A stretch of 61,635 nucleotides of DNA, taken from positions 64,001-125,635 of the IMG/VR virus record IMGVR_UViG_3300033049_000033; one strand, given 5' to 3'. Positions 47,711 to 57,857 of the stretch are shown piece by piece. This DNA is from a virus. Taxonomy: Duplodnaviria > Heunggongvirae > Uroviricota > Caudoviricetes. Under the pieces are notes generated by a model, which saw only the letters and a program-made list of their open reading frames with translations, was not told where the DNA came from and searched no databases. How positions within the stretch are numbered: position 1 is the first letter of the stretch; every line of letters starts with the position of its first letter. Position numbers and translations under genes: made by a program.

Positions 47711-49183
47711 ATGGACGAAAAAAATAAAGAAATTACGAACGAGGCGTTGCTTGAAATCCAAGCGATTAAGGACGCTTTAAACGAAAACACTAAAGAAATA
47801 CTTCGACAGGTAGCCAGAGAAGAAATTGAAAGTGTTGTAAAGGAATCTTTAAACGAAGATTTCGAAGAAGAAGATGTAGAAGATGAAGTTTCAGACGAAG
47901 CTCCAATGGACTTGCCAGTTGACGCTGAGGGAGGACTAGGAGGAGAAGATGATTCGGTATCTCTAGATGTAGGCGCTGACTCTGTAGGTGGTGAACCTGA
48001 GAGTGGAGAAGGTCTTGATGACTTGTCATCAGACATAGGAGGCGAATTAGACCTAACATCGGCATCGGATGATGAAGTCATTTCAGTGTACAAGGAATTG
48101 TCAGTGGAAGATGAAATCGAGGTTGTAGGTGATGAAGTACATTTGAACATCTCAGAACCAGGAAAATATATCATTAAGCCAAATACAGGTGGAGCCGAAA
48201 TGGGAGGACTTGAAGAGCCAATGGGAGAACCAGAAGGTGAAGGTGAAGAAGAACTGGAATTTGAGGAAGGAAAAGTATATGAAATCACAGGTTTACATGA
48301 AAACGAAGGTGGACATGCCGAACACATGAAAGAAACTACACCACCTAATACAGGTGATATAGATTCTCAAACTTCTAAAGAATTACCAGCAGACTTAACA
48401 GGGGATAACCTTGAAGGTGGATTTGGTGAACAAGAAGCTAAGAATGGTTCAGGCGATGCACACGCAGAGCACATCATGGGAGCTGAAGGAAAAACCGACC
48501 CTACTGCAAAAACTAACGCAACTGCAAAACCAGCCGAAGAGAAAATCGAAGGAAACGGTGGTGGAAGTGATGGTAACCATGGCGCACACGTTATGGAAGG
48601 AGAAGAATCTGAAGAAGAAGAACTTACCGAAGGTGAGGAAGAAACTTTAGAAGAGCACATTCCTAAAGGACAATCTGATTCCAGACGAGTTCCAGGACAA
48701 GCCAAAATTGGCGCACCTAGAGGAGCTGGAGCAGTACCTATTGCAGCAGATGGTAAAGTACCTACGGCTGAGTCAACAGTAACCTATGCTGACCTTTTAG
48801 CAGAGTCAAAAGCTCTAAAAGAAGAAAATGCGTTGTTCAAGTCTAACTTGAGCGAATTCAGAAAGATGATAGCAACTACTGGTGTTTACAGCACGAATCT
48901 AACAAATGCAGTCCGAATCTTTATGGAACACGCTACTACTAAAAACGAAAAAGCAGCGATTATCAAGAGATTCGACAATGAAGTTAAGTCAATCACTGAA
49001 TCTAAAGAACTTTACAAGAAAATTGTAGGCGAACTTGATTCAAGAACCACATTAACTGAAAGTGTTAACTCTTTAGATAACACTATCGGAACTGGTTCTG
49101 CACAGCTTAACGAACAAAGCGTATTCGTAGATAAAGAAACTGCCCGAACGTTGGAATTAATCAATTTCCGAGCAGGAAAATAA
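47711..49183 (+). CDS. prohead scaffolding/core protein (gp22-like position)
   Basis: Highly acidic, coiled-coil C-terminus, between protease and MCP; many L/I-x-E motifs. Confidence 0.75.
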   Translation: MDEKNKEITNEALLEIQAIKDALNENTKEILRQVAREEIESVVKESLNEDFEEEDVEDEVSDEAPMDLPVDAEGGLGGEDDSVSLDVGADSVGGEPESGEGLDDLSSDIGGELDLTSASDDEVISVYKELSVEDEIEVVGDEVHLNISEPGKYIIKPNTGGAEMGGLEEPMGEPEGEGEEELEFEEGKVYEITGLHENEGGHAEHMKETTPPNTGDIDSQTSKELPADLTGDNLEGGFGEQEAKNGSGDAHAEHIMGAEGKTDPTAKTNATAKPAEEKIEGNGGGSDGNHGAHVMEGEESEEEELTEGEEETLEEHIPKGQSDSRRVPGQAKIGAPRGAGAVPIAADGKVPTAESTVTYADLLAESKALKEENALFKSNLSEFRKMIATTGVYSTNLTNAVRIFMEHATTKNEKAAIIKRFDNEVKSITESKELYKKIVGELDSRTTLTESVNSLDNTIGTGSAQLNEQSVFVDKETARTLELINFRAGK

Positions 49184-49216
49184 AATAACAATAATAAAGA
49201 CAAAAAACTATAAATC

Positions 49217-51034
49217 ATGTCATTTTTAAACTCTGGAACTGTCGGAAACATTGGTCTTGACCACATGAAAGACATCCGTCATAAAGTTCAATCAAAATGG
49301 GATTCAACAGGATTCCTTAAAGGATTGGAAGGCCACGTAAAAGAGAACGTAGCTCAATTATTCGAAAACCAAGCTTCTAGCTTGATTAAAGAATCAACTG
49401 ATGCGACTTCTTCAGGTTCTTTCGAGACCGTAGTATTCCCTATCGTAAGAAGGGTATTCTCAAAATTATTAGCTAACGATATCGTTAGTGTACAAGCTAT
49501 GAACATGCCAATTGGTAAATTGTTCTTCTTTGTACCTCAAACTTCATCTCGTTTCGATGAGAATGGAAACCAAGGAAACGATTACGCTAGCGTAACTCCA
49601 CCATATGGAAACACACAATTCTCTGCACATACATCAATGGGTTCAGATGGTCTTCCTGACTGTGTAGGGTCAACTGGATGTACCGTTCCAGGATGGATGG
49701 TAAAGAACCTATACGACATTTTTTACAATGACGGAATGTTCGATAACTCTAAGGGTGCGCTTACAATGATTACAGGTTCTACGAACCCAGTAACTCTTAA
49801 CGCAAACGGAGAGTTCTCACCAGCATTAGGTATCGCACTACCAACAGCTACTGACGGTTCAGTTCGTGAAGTAATTGTAGAAGTGTCTGGATTCTCATCA
49901 ATTAACAAAGGTCGATTGACTGGACCTGATGGAAATCAAATGGATACTGAATCATTCCTTGCTTCTTTGGCAGTATGGAACGGAACAGGTGCTGACATCT
50001 TAGACCAAGATGGTAACGTAATTGCTGCAACTAATGCATCAATACCATTTAGAGTTGTTACTCAAAAATACGGAAAAGGACTTGTTTCTTATGACGATAT
50101 TTGCGATGTAAACGGTGTTATTTACTTAGGAATTGACCTATCACATCCAGTATTTGCTGATGGTACATCAACTTATGATGGTTACATCGGAGCGACTGGA
50201 CAAACTTCTGGTTCTTCAGTGTTTACTGCAACAACTGACTCTTTTGGAGCAGTATGGGCACAGTACGCATCTCTAGAATTCGAAACTGAAATGGGAGAAG
50301 TAACCTTCACACTTGATGAGGTTGTTGTTTCTGTAGAAGAACGAAAGCTAAGAGCTACATGGTCACCAGAATTGGCGCAAGATGTTAGTGCATTCCACAA
50401 CATTGATGCTGAAGCTGAATTGACTGCATTGCTTTCTGAGCAAGTAGCGTCTGAAATTGATAGAGAAATCTTGAGAGACCTAAGAAAGGTAGGTGCATGG
50501 CAACTACGTTGGGATTATAACGGATGGAGAAAGGCTAGCCTTGCTGCAAACGCATACACCCAAAAGGACTGGAACCAAACTTTGATTACGAAAGTAAACC
50601 AAATTTCGGCTCAAATCCATAAATCAACACTTAGAGGTGGTGCAAACTTCATCGTAATCTCTTCAGAAATTTCTGCAATATTCGATGACTTGGAATACTT
50701 CCACGTAAGTGATGCTAGCCCAGAGCAAGACCAATACAACATGGGTATCGAGAGAATCGGTTCATTAGGAGGACGTTACCAAGTGTATCGTGACCCATAT
50801 GCGCCAGCTAACTCAATGATAATTGGACACAAAGGGAAATCTTTGTTGGACACAGGTTACATCTACGCACCATACGTGCCAATGCAACTTACACCTACAA
50901 TGTACAACCCGTTCAACTTCGCACCAGTGAAGGGTATCATGACTCGTTACGCTAAGAAGTCTGTTAATAACAGATTCTACGGAGCAATCCGAGTAGATGG
51001 TGTTGTAACATTTAACACTAACGAACTGAGATAA
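49217..51034 (+). CDS. major capsid protein (T4 gp23-like)
   Basis: FPIVRRVF, VSVQAMNMPIG, RKLRATWSPELAQD, IDAEAELT, YAPYVP, GIMTRYA. Confidence 0.95.
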   Translation: MSFLNSGTVGNIGLDHMKDIRHKVQSKWDSTGFLKGLEGHVKENVAQLFENQASSLIKESTDATSSGSFETVVFPIVRRVFSKLLANDIVSVQAMNMPIGKLFFFVPQTSSRFDENGNQGNDYASVTPPYGNTQFSAHTSMGSDGLPDCVGSTGCTVPGWMVKNLYDIFYNDGMFDNSKGALTMITGSTNPVTLNANGEFSPALGIALPTATDGSVREVIVEVSGFSSINKGRLTGPDGNQMDTESFLASLAVWNGTGADILDQDGNVIAATNASIPFRVVTQKYGKGLVSYDDICDVNGVIYLGIDLSHPVFADGTSTYDGYIGATGQTSGSSVFTATTDSFGAVWAQYASLEFETEMGEVTFTLDEVVVSVEERKLRATWSPELAQDVSAFHNIDAEAELTALLSEQVASEIDREILRDLRKVGAWQLRWDYNGWRKASLAANAYTQKDWNQTLITKVNQISAQIHKSTLRGGANFIVISSEISAIFDDLEYFHVSDASPEQDQYNMGIERIGSLGGRYQVYRDPYAPANSMIIGHKGKSLLDTGYIYAPYVPMQLTPTMYNPFNFAPVKGIMTRYAKKSVNNRFYGAIRVDGVVTFNTNELR

Positions 51035-51048
51035 TCATTCGTTCAAAT

Positions 51049-51082
51049 AAAAAAAAGCCTATCTTCGGATAGGCTTTTTTTT
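51049..51082. terminator. bidirectional Rho-independent terminator
   Basis: A8-GCCTATC-TTCG-GATAGGC-T8 between convergent genes. Confidence 0.92.
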
Positions 51083-51085
51083 ATC

Positions 51086-51286
51086 TTATAATTTCTTAGT
51101 GTGCTGATTAAAGTAATCCTTATCTTCATCATTGGTGAAGTAGTTGCAATTATTCTCTACATATATGACATCATCATCAAGTAATTCTTGTATAATGTTG
51201 AGTCTACGAGACCTTTCATCTTCATTCAGCCCAATTAATCTGGACGACACACATAACTTAGTGAATTCTTCTACTCTAGCGTCCAC
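51086..51286 (-). CDS. hypothetical protein
   Basis: 66 aa. Confidence 0.55.
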   Translation of the reverse strand: MDARVEEFTKLCVSSRLIGLNEDERSRRLNIIQELLDDDVIYVENNCNYFTNDEDKDYFNQHTKKL

Positions 51287-51501
51287 TATAATTGTAACTT
51301 TAATTTGGTTGGGTCTACTGTAGCACCCATAGCTCCATCTTCGTGCTTGAACTCAATTACGAAGTAAAAACCATCAAATGAAATGTTAGTTACGGTTACT
51401 GGCAATAAGTCCTCTACGTCATATTCCTTATAATTATAGGAATTTCCGATACGGATATCGTAATCTGTGGTCTTTTTCATCATATTATTATTATGTACCA
51501 C
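51286..51501 (-). CDS. hypothetical protein
   Basis: 71 aa, start uncertain. Confidence 0.5.
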   Translation of the reverse strand: MVHNNNMMKKTTDYDIRIGNSYNYKEYDVEDLLPVTVTNISFDGFYFVIEFKHEDGAMGATVDPTKLKLQL

Positions 51502-51571
51502 GAAATCACTATTATTGGGTAGGTTGCATGACTTTCGCCAAGTAGGATAATAGCTCTTTCGGGTATATAAT

Positions 51572-51760
51572 TTAGGCCGTAACCGCTTCTTCTAATTGTT
51601 CTGTCAATTTTTCACTCGCTTCGGACATTGTTTTACCAAAGGTATAATCTCCCTTTTGTTCATCTCTATTGAAGTAATGTCCAACACTCTCTCTCGTCAT
51701 CGCTCCCCATTGCTTAGAATAGGTATTATAATGGTAAATAAAATTGTAATTATGCTTCAT
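51572..51760 (-). CDS. hypothetical protein
   Basis: 62 aa behind a minus-strand TTTG-N20-TATCTTTG promoter. Confidence 0.6.
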   Translation of the reverse strand: MKHNYNFIYHYNTYSKQWGAMTRESVGHYFNRDEQKGDYTFGKTMSEASEKLTEQLEEAVTA

Positions 51761-51851
51761 CCGAATGTTTAAGTTAAATGTTTATGGTACAAAGATACAA
51801 AAAAAAAGCCAGTAAAACAAATTACTGGCAATTTTAATCGATTCTCTAAGG

Positions 51852-52748
51852 TTAAACCTTAGTCCCACACGTAGGGCAGAACTTGAAGTTGGACTTAGCT
51901 TTGGTACCGCAATTGGTACAATATCTTCTATTTCCCACTTCAGCTACACTAATTTCCTTTGTGGAAGTAGGCATAAGCTTAAGCTCAATTGTAGCAAATG
52001 GGAAGTATTCCCATTTCTTCTGTACGTCTTGGAACTTTTGGTCAGAATTAGACCCTTCGGCCACTACACCAGTTTCGGTCTTTCTCTTCTTATTAACGGT
52101 TCTTTTTCTCTTGAACTTATCACCTAAAGCGGCAAATTTCATATCACTAGCATCTACTGGTTGGATTACATCAGCGCTATAATTCATTGTAGTCGCATTG
52201 ATATTCATAGACTGTACATTAAACGATGAAGTGTCATTATTCATCATAGCTCCAGTAATATTATCACCACCGCAAACAGCATTAACCACGTCACCAGCCG
52301 ATGAGGTATATGCCCATCCACCATTATATGGTGGCGTTACAGTAATTGTAGAATTATCATATGGCTTATACTTTGGGGTAGTATCTTCTCTGTAGAATTT
52401 TACCTTTAGTGTACCGTTATCTTTGATTGCAGCTTGAACTTCTTTCGTGTTACTTACAATGTAAGTTTCGAATTTGAACCGTTTGGCTACATCTAGATAT
52501 CTTTCTAAGAAGACTCTTTCACCTTGTCGTAATACTAATCCACCTTGGCTGATTGGCTTATCATTTAGAATTATCTCAGCGACAATAACATCTGTTGTCG
52601 GATTGAATAGTTCAATTTCGAATTCAGCGTCTTTCTCTAAATAAATGGTTGGGGTTTGTGAGTCCTTGTTATAGACTTTGAGTCTATTTTTTGCTACGGA
52701 TACGTTTACAGTGGGCGTAGCTACCCCTGTTTTTGAAGTTGTTTTCAT
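51852..52748 (-). CDS. hypothetical protein with C-terminal double zinc ribbon
   Basis: CTNCG...FCPTCG. Confidence 0.8.
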   Translation of the reverse strand: MKTTSKTGVATPTVNVSVAKNRLKVYNKDSQTPTIYLEKDAEFEIELFNPTTDVIVAEIILNDKPISQGGLVLRQGERVFLERYLDVAKRFKFETYIVSNTKEVQAAIKDNGTLKVKFYREDTTPKYKPYDNSTITVTPPYNGGWAYTSSAGDVVNAVCGGDNITGAMMNNDTSSFNVQSMNINATTMNYSADVIQPVDASDMKFAALGDKFKRKRTVNKKRKTETGVVAEGSNSDQKFQDVQKKWEYFPFATIELKLMPTSTKEISVAEVGNRRYCTNCGTKAKSNFKFCPTCGTKV

Positions 52749-52781
52749 ACTATTAAGTTTTTTAATATGTTATTAACATTC

Positions 52782-52833
52782 CAATCTAATTGTTACCAGT
52801 GATAACTCAGACGCCATTGATGACGCAAGACTG
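52782..52833 (-). ncRNA. candidate three-way-junction 5' UTR element
   Basis: CAGTCT/AGATTG stem enclosing GCGTCA/TGGCGT and GTTATC/GGTAAC hairpins, between promoter and start codon. Confidence 0.4.
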
Positions 52834-52900
52834 AAATTTAGCTTAACTTTCAATTATAAATATACACAAAAGACTTTTAATTGTCAAGTCTTTAAAAAAA

Positions 52901-54310
52901 TTACTGAGAGTTACGAAGCTCTGACTGAGAAATAATATCAAAATATAGCTGTTCTTTAAGCGTTTTGACCTCATTATTGGTTGTAATTTTAATGTCTACA
53001 TAGTAGGTTGTAGGTATCAAACTAGCCGTATCAATTAGGAAATAATTATGATTATTTGCCAGTTGAATCGGTTGGTAATCGACAATTGTTAGTTGATTTT
53101 TACCCTCTTTTATGTAAATTCTGTATTGTGCATCATCTATAGATTGCTCTTGATTTGTGGTGTAGGGAATCTTCATTGTAAGGATGACTTTACGTATGTC
53201 ACCTCTCTTGATTTCTTCACCTCTGTCAATACCTGATGCCACAATTCCAACGCTCTTAGGTAACATATTATTGTCTCCAATATTATACCAATCATCGGCA
53301 GATTTTAGTGCGAAATCTAAGGTTATTGGAGGTCTTGTAATGCTATTAATTGTTACTCCAGACCATACATCGTTAAACATTATACAATCGACAGCAGTAT
53401 TGGTTGTTGGGATGGTAATATTTATGCTGTAGATACCTTTTGTAACGTGCGTAACGGCACTTTGAGTGTATGACGAGTACACACTACCATCTTGGTCTAA
53501 AATTTGCACAGTTGGCAGAGCATCTAGGTTTGTTGGCTCACCACCAATATTAGTGTAAAGATACAATTTATTGGCTTTATCTAAATAAAAATCGTGTCTA
53601 TCGTCAGTGATTACTTCCGAATAAGTTGTCTCTACATATGGTTCGTAAATCGTTTGTGTGTGCTGAGTGAAGAAGCCTACGTATTGATGGTTATCGGTAA
53701 TTAATACCTCATATTCTCGTTGATAGGCCAACGCTAATCCGTTATTAGTATCACCAGTTATTAATCCATTTACATAATCAGTAATATCAACCTCTATATT
53801 CTCATTTCCCAATGGGAAATTTTGAGTAGCTATCGTAACACCACTAGTAGCTCCAGTAATTACACCAGATTCACCCCAAGCATTTAAAGTCGTTGCTGAG
53901 TACCAATTAGATGGTACAGCCTTGTATGCTGGTTCACCTGCTGTATATGTACAATTAGAATAATCGTATCCAGTCCCACCTACCCAGTTTTGAGTGATAG
54001 GGAATATAATTAAATCAAATGAAGATGCTCTATCTTTCCCATCACAGTTCTCTTTTCCTAATAACTTCTTATCCAAACAACCAGTATTAACCATACGCAA
54101 CGTATGGGTCATTTTGGTTAGTTCTGGATATGTACCACCAGAATAAAATGCCTGTAATCGTGACACATCAAAATGGAATAAGAATCTTGTGTACTGGGTT
54201 TCGCCAGTGGTACCACCATAATATAATTCCGATACTGGATTTAGTCCAGTGTTAGTCCAACTATCTAATATAATAGTATTACTTCTATCAAAGTATGTTC
54301 TTATTACCAT
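52901..54310 (-). CDS. late, probably structural protein (beta-rich)
   Basis: 469 aa, TATTTA motif upstream, in the baseplate-associated minus-strand block. Confidence 0.65.
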   Translation of the reverse strand: MVIRTYFDRSNTIILDSWTNTGLNPVSELYYGGTTGETQYTRFLFHFDVSRLQAFYSGGTYPELTKMTHTLRMVNTGCLDKKLLGKENCDGKDRASSFDLIIFPITQNWVGGTGYDYSNCTYTAGEPAYKAVPSNWYSATTLNAWGESGVITGATSGVTIATQNFPLGNENIEVDITDYVNGLITGDTNNGLALAYQREYEVLITDNHQYVGFFTQHTQTIYEPYVETTYSEVITDDRHDFYLDKANKLYLYTNIGGEPTNLDALPTVQILDQDGSVYSSYTQSAVTHVTKGIYSINITIPTTNTAVDCIMFNDVWSGVTINSITRPPITLDFALKSADDWYNIGDNNMLPKSVGIVASGIDRGEEIKRGDIRKVILTMKIPYTTNQEQSIDDAQYRIYIKEGKNQLTIVDYQPIQLANNHNYFLIDTASLIPTTYYVDIKITTNNEVKTLKEQLYFDIISQSELRNSQ

Positions 54311-54340
54311 CTTCTTTTATTAGTAAATAGCCACAAAATC

Positions 54341-55315
54341 TTAATTAGCCATGATATTTTTAGATAAAATAGTCTCGGTTGGGAACTCTAAGTATTGCTT
54401 GATGAAGTCCTCACCGTCTACTGCCGACCACTTTAATCCAGGAAACCTATGAACGTGGTTAGCTAATGCTAATTCAAGTTTCTTCATATACTCTAATAGT
54501 GTGTCACCGAACGCAATTGGGTGTGCAGTGTCTAAGATATTAAGTAATTCTTCATCTGTAATGTTATTCTCACTGTCTGCTAATATAAATCTAGGTGCCC
54601 CACCCTTGTGTGTCAGTAGATTAATTTTGTTTGCAACAATGTTAGTCACACTACCAGTTTCAGGCTCATTATTATTCTCACCTTTTTTAATCGGAGCATT
54701 AAATCGTAATTGAATGTATGCTGGATTTTGTTTGTTGAATATCTTATTATCATTCAAATCATGTTGACCAGCTCTAAGTAGGGCTTGATTTTCCTTAAAA
54801 ATTATGTCAGAATTGCGCCTTCCTTGCAATGCAATATCCGATACATTTGGATAGACGCCTTTGGCATCGGTAATCGTATCTACGTCAACGTTAGGTGCTA
54901 CAGGTGAGATACTTAGACTAGCTAAAGCTGTCTTATCAATGGTATCTTTTTGAAGCGTTAGGGGGCTTGAAATGATGGGACCCATATAAAATCTATCAGC
55001 ATACTTTGTATCATCATCAAACGTGAAAATGAATACCGCCTCACCCACTTTAGGTACCACGTTTAAATGGGCTGGTAATAGTGGAAAGCAGTTAGCTAAT
55101 TCTTTATCATTCTTATTCTTATCCCAACTAGCTCCTTCTATTCGTACACGTATTACATTAGGGTCAGAGTTAAATCTTTCATCGGCTGCTCTTTGTTGGT
55201 CATTAGTGGTATCTACCCCTACCTTACCTATAAATTTAACAGTACCAATTTGTATGCCCTTATCACTAGGGGCTTTATTAAATGCACTTTTTTGACCGAA
55301 CGTATACTTAGACAT
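54341..55315 (-). CDS. baseplate hub/spike protein (gp5/VgrG-like OB-fold N-terminus)
   Basis: IRVRIEG...CFPLLP...VPKVGEAVFI...RFYMG; C-terminal HVH. Confidence 0.65.
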   Translation of the reverse strand: MSKYTFGQKSAFNKAPSDKGIQIGTVKFIGKVGVDTTNDQQRAADERFNSDPNVIRVRIEGASWDKNKNDKELANCFPLLPAHLNVVPKVGEAVFIFTFDDDTKYADRFYMGPIISSPLTLQKDTIDKTALASLSISPVAPNVDVDTITDAKGVYPNVSDIALQGRRNSDIIFKENQALLRAGQHDLNDNKIFNKQNPAYIQLRFNAPIKKGENNNEPETGSVTNIVANKINLLTHKGGAPRFILADSENNITDEELLNILDTAHPIAFGDTLLEYMKKLELALANHVHRFPGLKWSAVDGEDFIKQYLEFPTETILSKNIMAN

Positions 55316-55514
55316 TTCTACTCTTTAATACTCTATTTATGTTCTCAAATTTAGACTCAAATTCCAACAGCGTAGCATAACCTTTATCTAAATCTTGAAC
55401 TAATTTGTTTTTAAGTGCCGTATGTGCGTCTGATAGTCGCTTTGCCTCCATCGCTAACTCATCATTAGTCATATCTATAAATTTATCTTCTTTTACTTCT
55501 TCTATCTTATTCAT
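55308..55514 (-). CDS. small coiled-coil protein
   Basis: 68 aa. Confidence 0.6.
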   Translation of the reverse strand: MNKIEEVKEDKFIDMTNDELAMEAKRLSDAHTALKNKLVQDLDKGYATLLEFESKFENINRVLKSRNV

Positions 55515-55518
55515 AACT

Positions 55519-55974
55519 TTACTGTGCTACCCCACCACTACTAACAATGCTTGGGTTTGTACCAACGCTAGCCACTGGCCATCCAGCATACCCAACACCG
55601 TTGGATTGAACTAAAATTGAACCTGGGTCGATGGTTGATGAAATTTTCATTTCGGTTTGTATTGCATTAACTATTTCCTCCATTCTGATTACCTCCAACG
55701 CGGTCATAACATTATCACCACCTTGAAATATCTCCCCCCCGACAGCTTCTGCTTCTGAGAATCTTGAGATTACTCTAGCGGAAAGGTCTCTGGCCGATAA
55801 TCCTGGACGCATCTTACTACCAATCATAATCAATGGTGGTGGTAAGGTTGCTGCTGGGGCTTTCATAATAGAAAATGCTGCCATTATTATCTTCAATATG
55901 TTACTCATGGAACTGAAACTACCACCAGCTCCAGCTCCCATTTTTTGTGTGCTTTTATTACAATTATCTGCCAT
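55519..55974 (-). CDS. hypothetical (possibly baseplate) protein
   Basis: 151 aa, coupled. Confidence 0.7.
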   Translation of the reverse strand: MADNCNKSTQKMGAGAGGSFSSMSNILKIIMAAFSIMKAPAATLPPPLIMIGSKMRPGLSARDLSARVISRFSEAEAVGGEIFQGGDNVMTALEVIRMEEIVNAIQTEMKISSTIDPGSILVQSNGVGYAGWPVASVGTNPSIVSSGGVAQ

Positions 55975-55976
55975 GA

Positions 55977-57398
55977 TTATACACTTATAGGGCTATTTTC
56001 TCTCATCATTCGTATAATGTCTTGAGGTACACCGATAAGACTTAATAGTTGTGCTATTTTAGCTGACGCCTGTTCTTTTAACATTCCGAGAGCGCTGGCT
56101 GCAATTAATTTCATTATGAACTTCAATACCTTATCTAATAGAACTTTAACAATCATGTCTCTAATTTTATTCACTAGATTACGTATTAGTGTCTTATTCT
56201 TGGATAGGAAATCTAATCCATTATCGTATGTAGAGGATTGTCCGTATACTATCATATAATTAATCAAGAATATAGTTAATACTTTTGGACTTATTATCGA
56301 ATTTACAATAGACCTAATTAATGAAGTCAGCATTAGATTAATAAACCCTAACTCAATACCATATTGGTCAACTGGTTCAGAGCTTTCTGCTGTGCTTTCT
56401 GCCATAATTGTGATATTAGAATTGATGACATCCCTTCGTTCCACTTGGGTGGATGTCGCAGCCATTTCTGATTTTAATTTTGTTAATTGCTTAATAGGTA
56501 CGTCCACTTGTACATTACCACAAGTTTCTAAGTATCTAATTCCATTTCTCCTGTTAGTTGCATCCTCTTTAATCTTTAGTAATTGGTCGTTTGTGAAGGA
56601 GAAGTAAGTATCATCGAATACATCTTCAACATCAGCATTAATTAGACAGTTTATTACGTTATCAATCTTACCTTCCATTTCAAGTTGTTCTTCAGACTTA
56701 TTAACTTCAGGTTGGACGGCAATACTACCGAATAATGTATCAATAATACTAATAATTAAATCTTCAGAGGCAAATAGTTTAATACTATCTACAAAATCGT
56801 TATTTAAATCAGTTAAATTTGTATAGCTTGAGTTCGGTCTGAAGTTTAAAACATTGTTGTCTGGAGTGGAAATTTGAGTAAACTCAACATCAAAAATATT
56901 ATCCCACGTATATGTATTACCCTCTTCTTGAATTGTATAATAAAGATATGTATTGAAGTCGGTAGTATTTAATGGGTCACCGTCTGTTGGTACGTCATCA
57001 AATATTAGGCTACCTGCTTGCGTGACTGGGTTGATTTTCATGATGTTCATGAAATCAATTTTCTTCACGGGAATGGTAATTCCATCATTAATCAACCAAT
57101 CTGGTAATGATGGGTCAACGCCACAGGCCACAAGACCCTTTAATTCTGTTTTTAAGGACTCCTTAACGACTATCTCAGCTTCTTCAGTGGCATACACCAG
57201 AATATCAACCAAAGTGTCTCTAAGCTCCTCATATCCAACCAAAGCCTTTAACAAGTCTATAAGAAAGTCTTGGGCACTTCCTTGGTTGTTGATAGAAGGG
57301 AAAGAGTTATTTAATTTAAGTTTTGGAAAGTCATCGGTCAGCGTTCGTAATGCCGCTATGTTTCCAAAGGCTTTTTCCTTTTGGTCTAATATTGGCAT
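55977..57398 (-). CDS. hypothetical protein
   Basis: 473 aa, coupled. Confidence 0.75.
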   Translation of the reverse strand: MPILDQKEKAFGNIAALRTLTDDFPKLKLNNSFPSINNQGSAQDFLIDLLKALVGYEELRDTLVDILVYATEEAEIVVKESLKTELKGLVACGVDPSLPDWLINDGITIPVKKIDFMNIMKINPVTQAGSLIFDDVPTDGDPLNTTDFNTYLYYTIQEEGNTYTWDNIFDVEFTQISTPDNNVLNFRPNSSYTNLTDLNNDFVDSIKLFASEDLIISIIDTLFGSIAVQPEVNKSEEQLEMEGKIDNVINCLINADVEDVFDDTYFSFTNDQLLKIKEDATNRRNGIRYLETCGNVQVDVPIKQLTKLKSEMAATSTQVERRDVINSNITIMAESTAESSEPVDQYGIELGFINLMLTSLIRSIVNSIISPKVLTIFLINYMIVYGQSSTYDNGLDFLSKNKTLIRNLVNKIRDMIVKVLLDKVLKFIMKLIAASALGMLKEQASAKIAQLLSLIGVPQDIIRMMRENSPISV

Positions 57399-57793
57399 TA
57401 GTCATCTGTTTCTGTTTTAGCCGCTTCTTGTTCGGCCTTGTCTTTTATCATCTTTCTGACGGCTGTGAAGTCGTCAATTGAGACTTCACCATCAGATGCT
57501 TCATTTAATGTTGCTTGGATATCTCCAGCGTGTTTAACACTATCATTCTGCAATTTAGCTATTTCTAACTTAACCTTGATGTTAGTCGTCTTTTCCTTTA
57601 TAGCATCGGTTTTAGCTTTAGCAATCTTTGTGTGGTCATCCACATCTTCTGGTACGGTACCGTTAGTTAACTCATTAACGATACCTTGGGCATCTCTGAT
57701 GTTCCCACACGCTTCATTGTAAACCTCTTGCAACACGCCCTCTAGACTTGTTATATTATTTACCTTAACTACTTGTTTTCTTTTTCTTGGCAT
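57398..57793 (-). CDS. helical hypothetical protein
   Basis: 131 aa, late motif at 57821-57828. Confidence 0.7.
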   Translation of the reverse strand: MPRKRKQVVKVNNITSLEGVLQEVYNEACGNIRDAQGIVNELTNGTVPEDVDDHTKIAKAKTDAIKEKTTNIKVKLEIAKLQNDSVKHAGDIQATLNEASDGEVSIDDFTAVRKMIKDKAEQEAAKTETDD

Positions 57794-57857
57794 CTTAGTT
57801 CAGTTTTACTTGTTATACTAATAAATATCAATTACTTGACATTTTTCACCATAAAGT

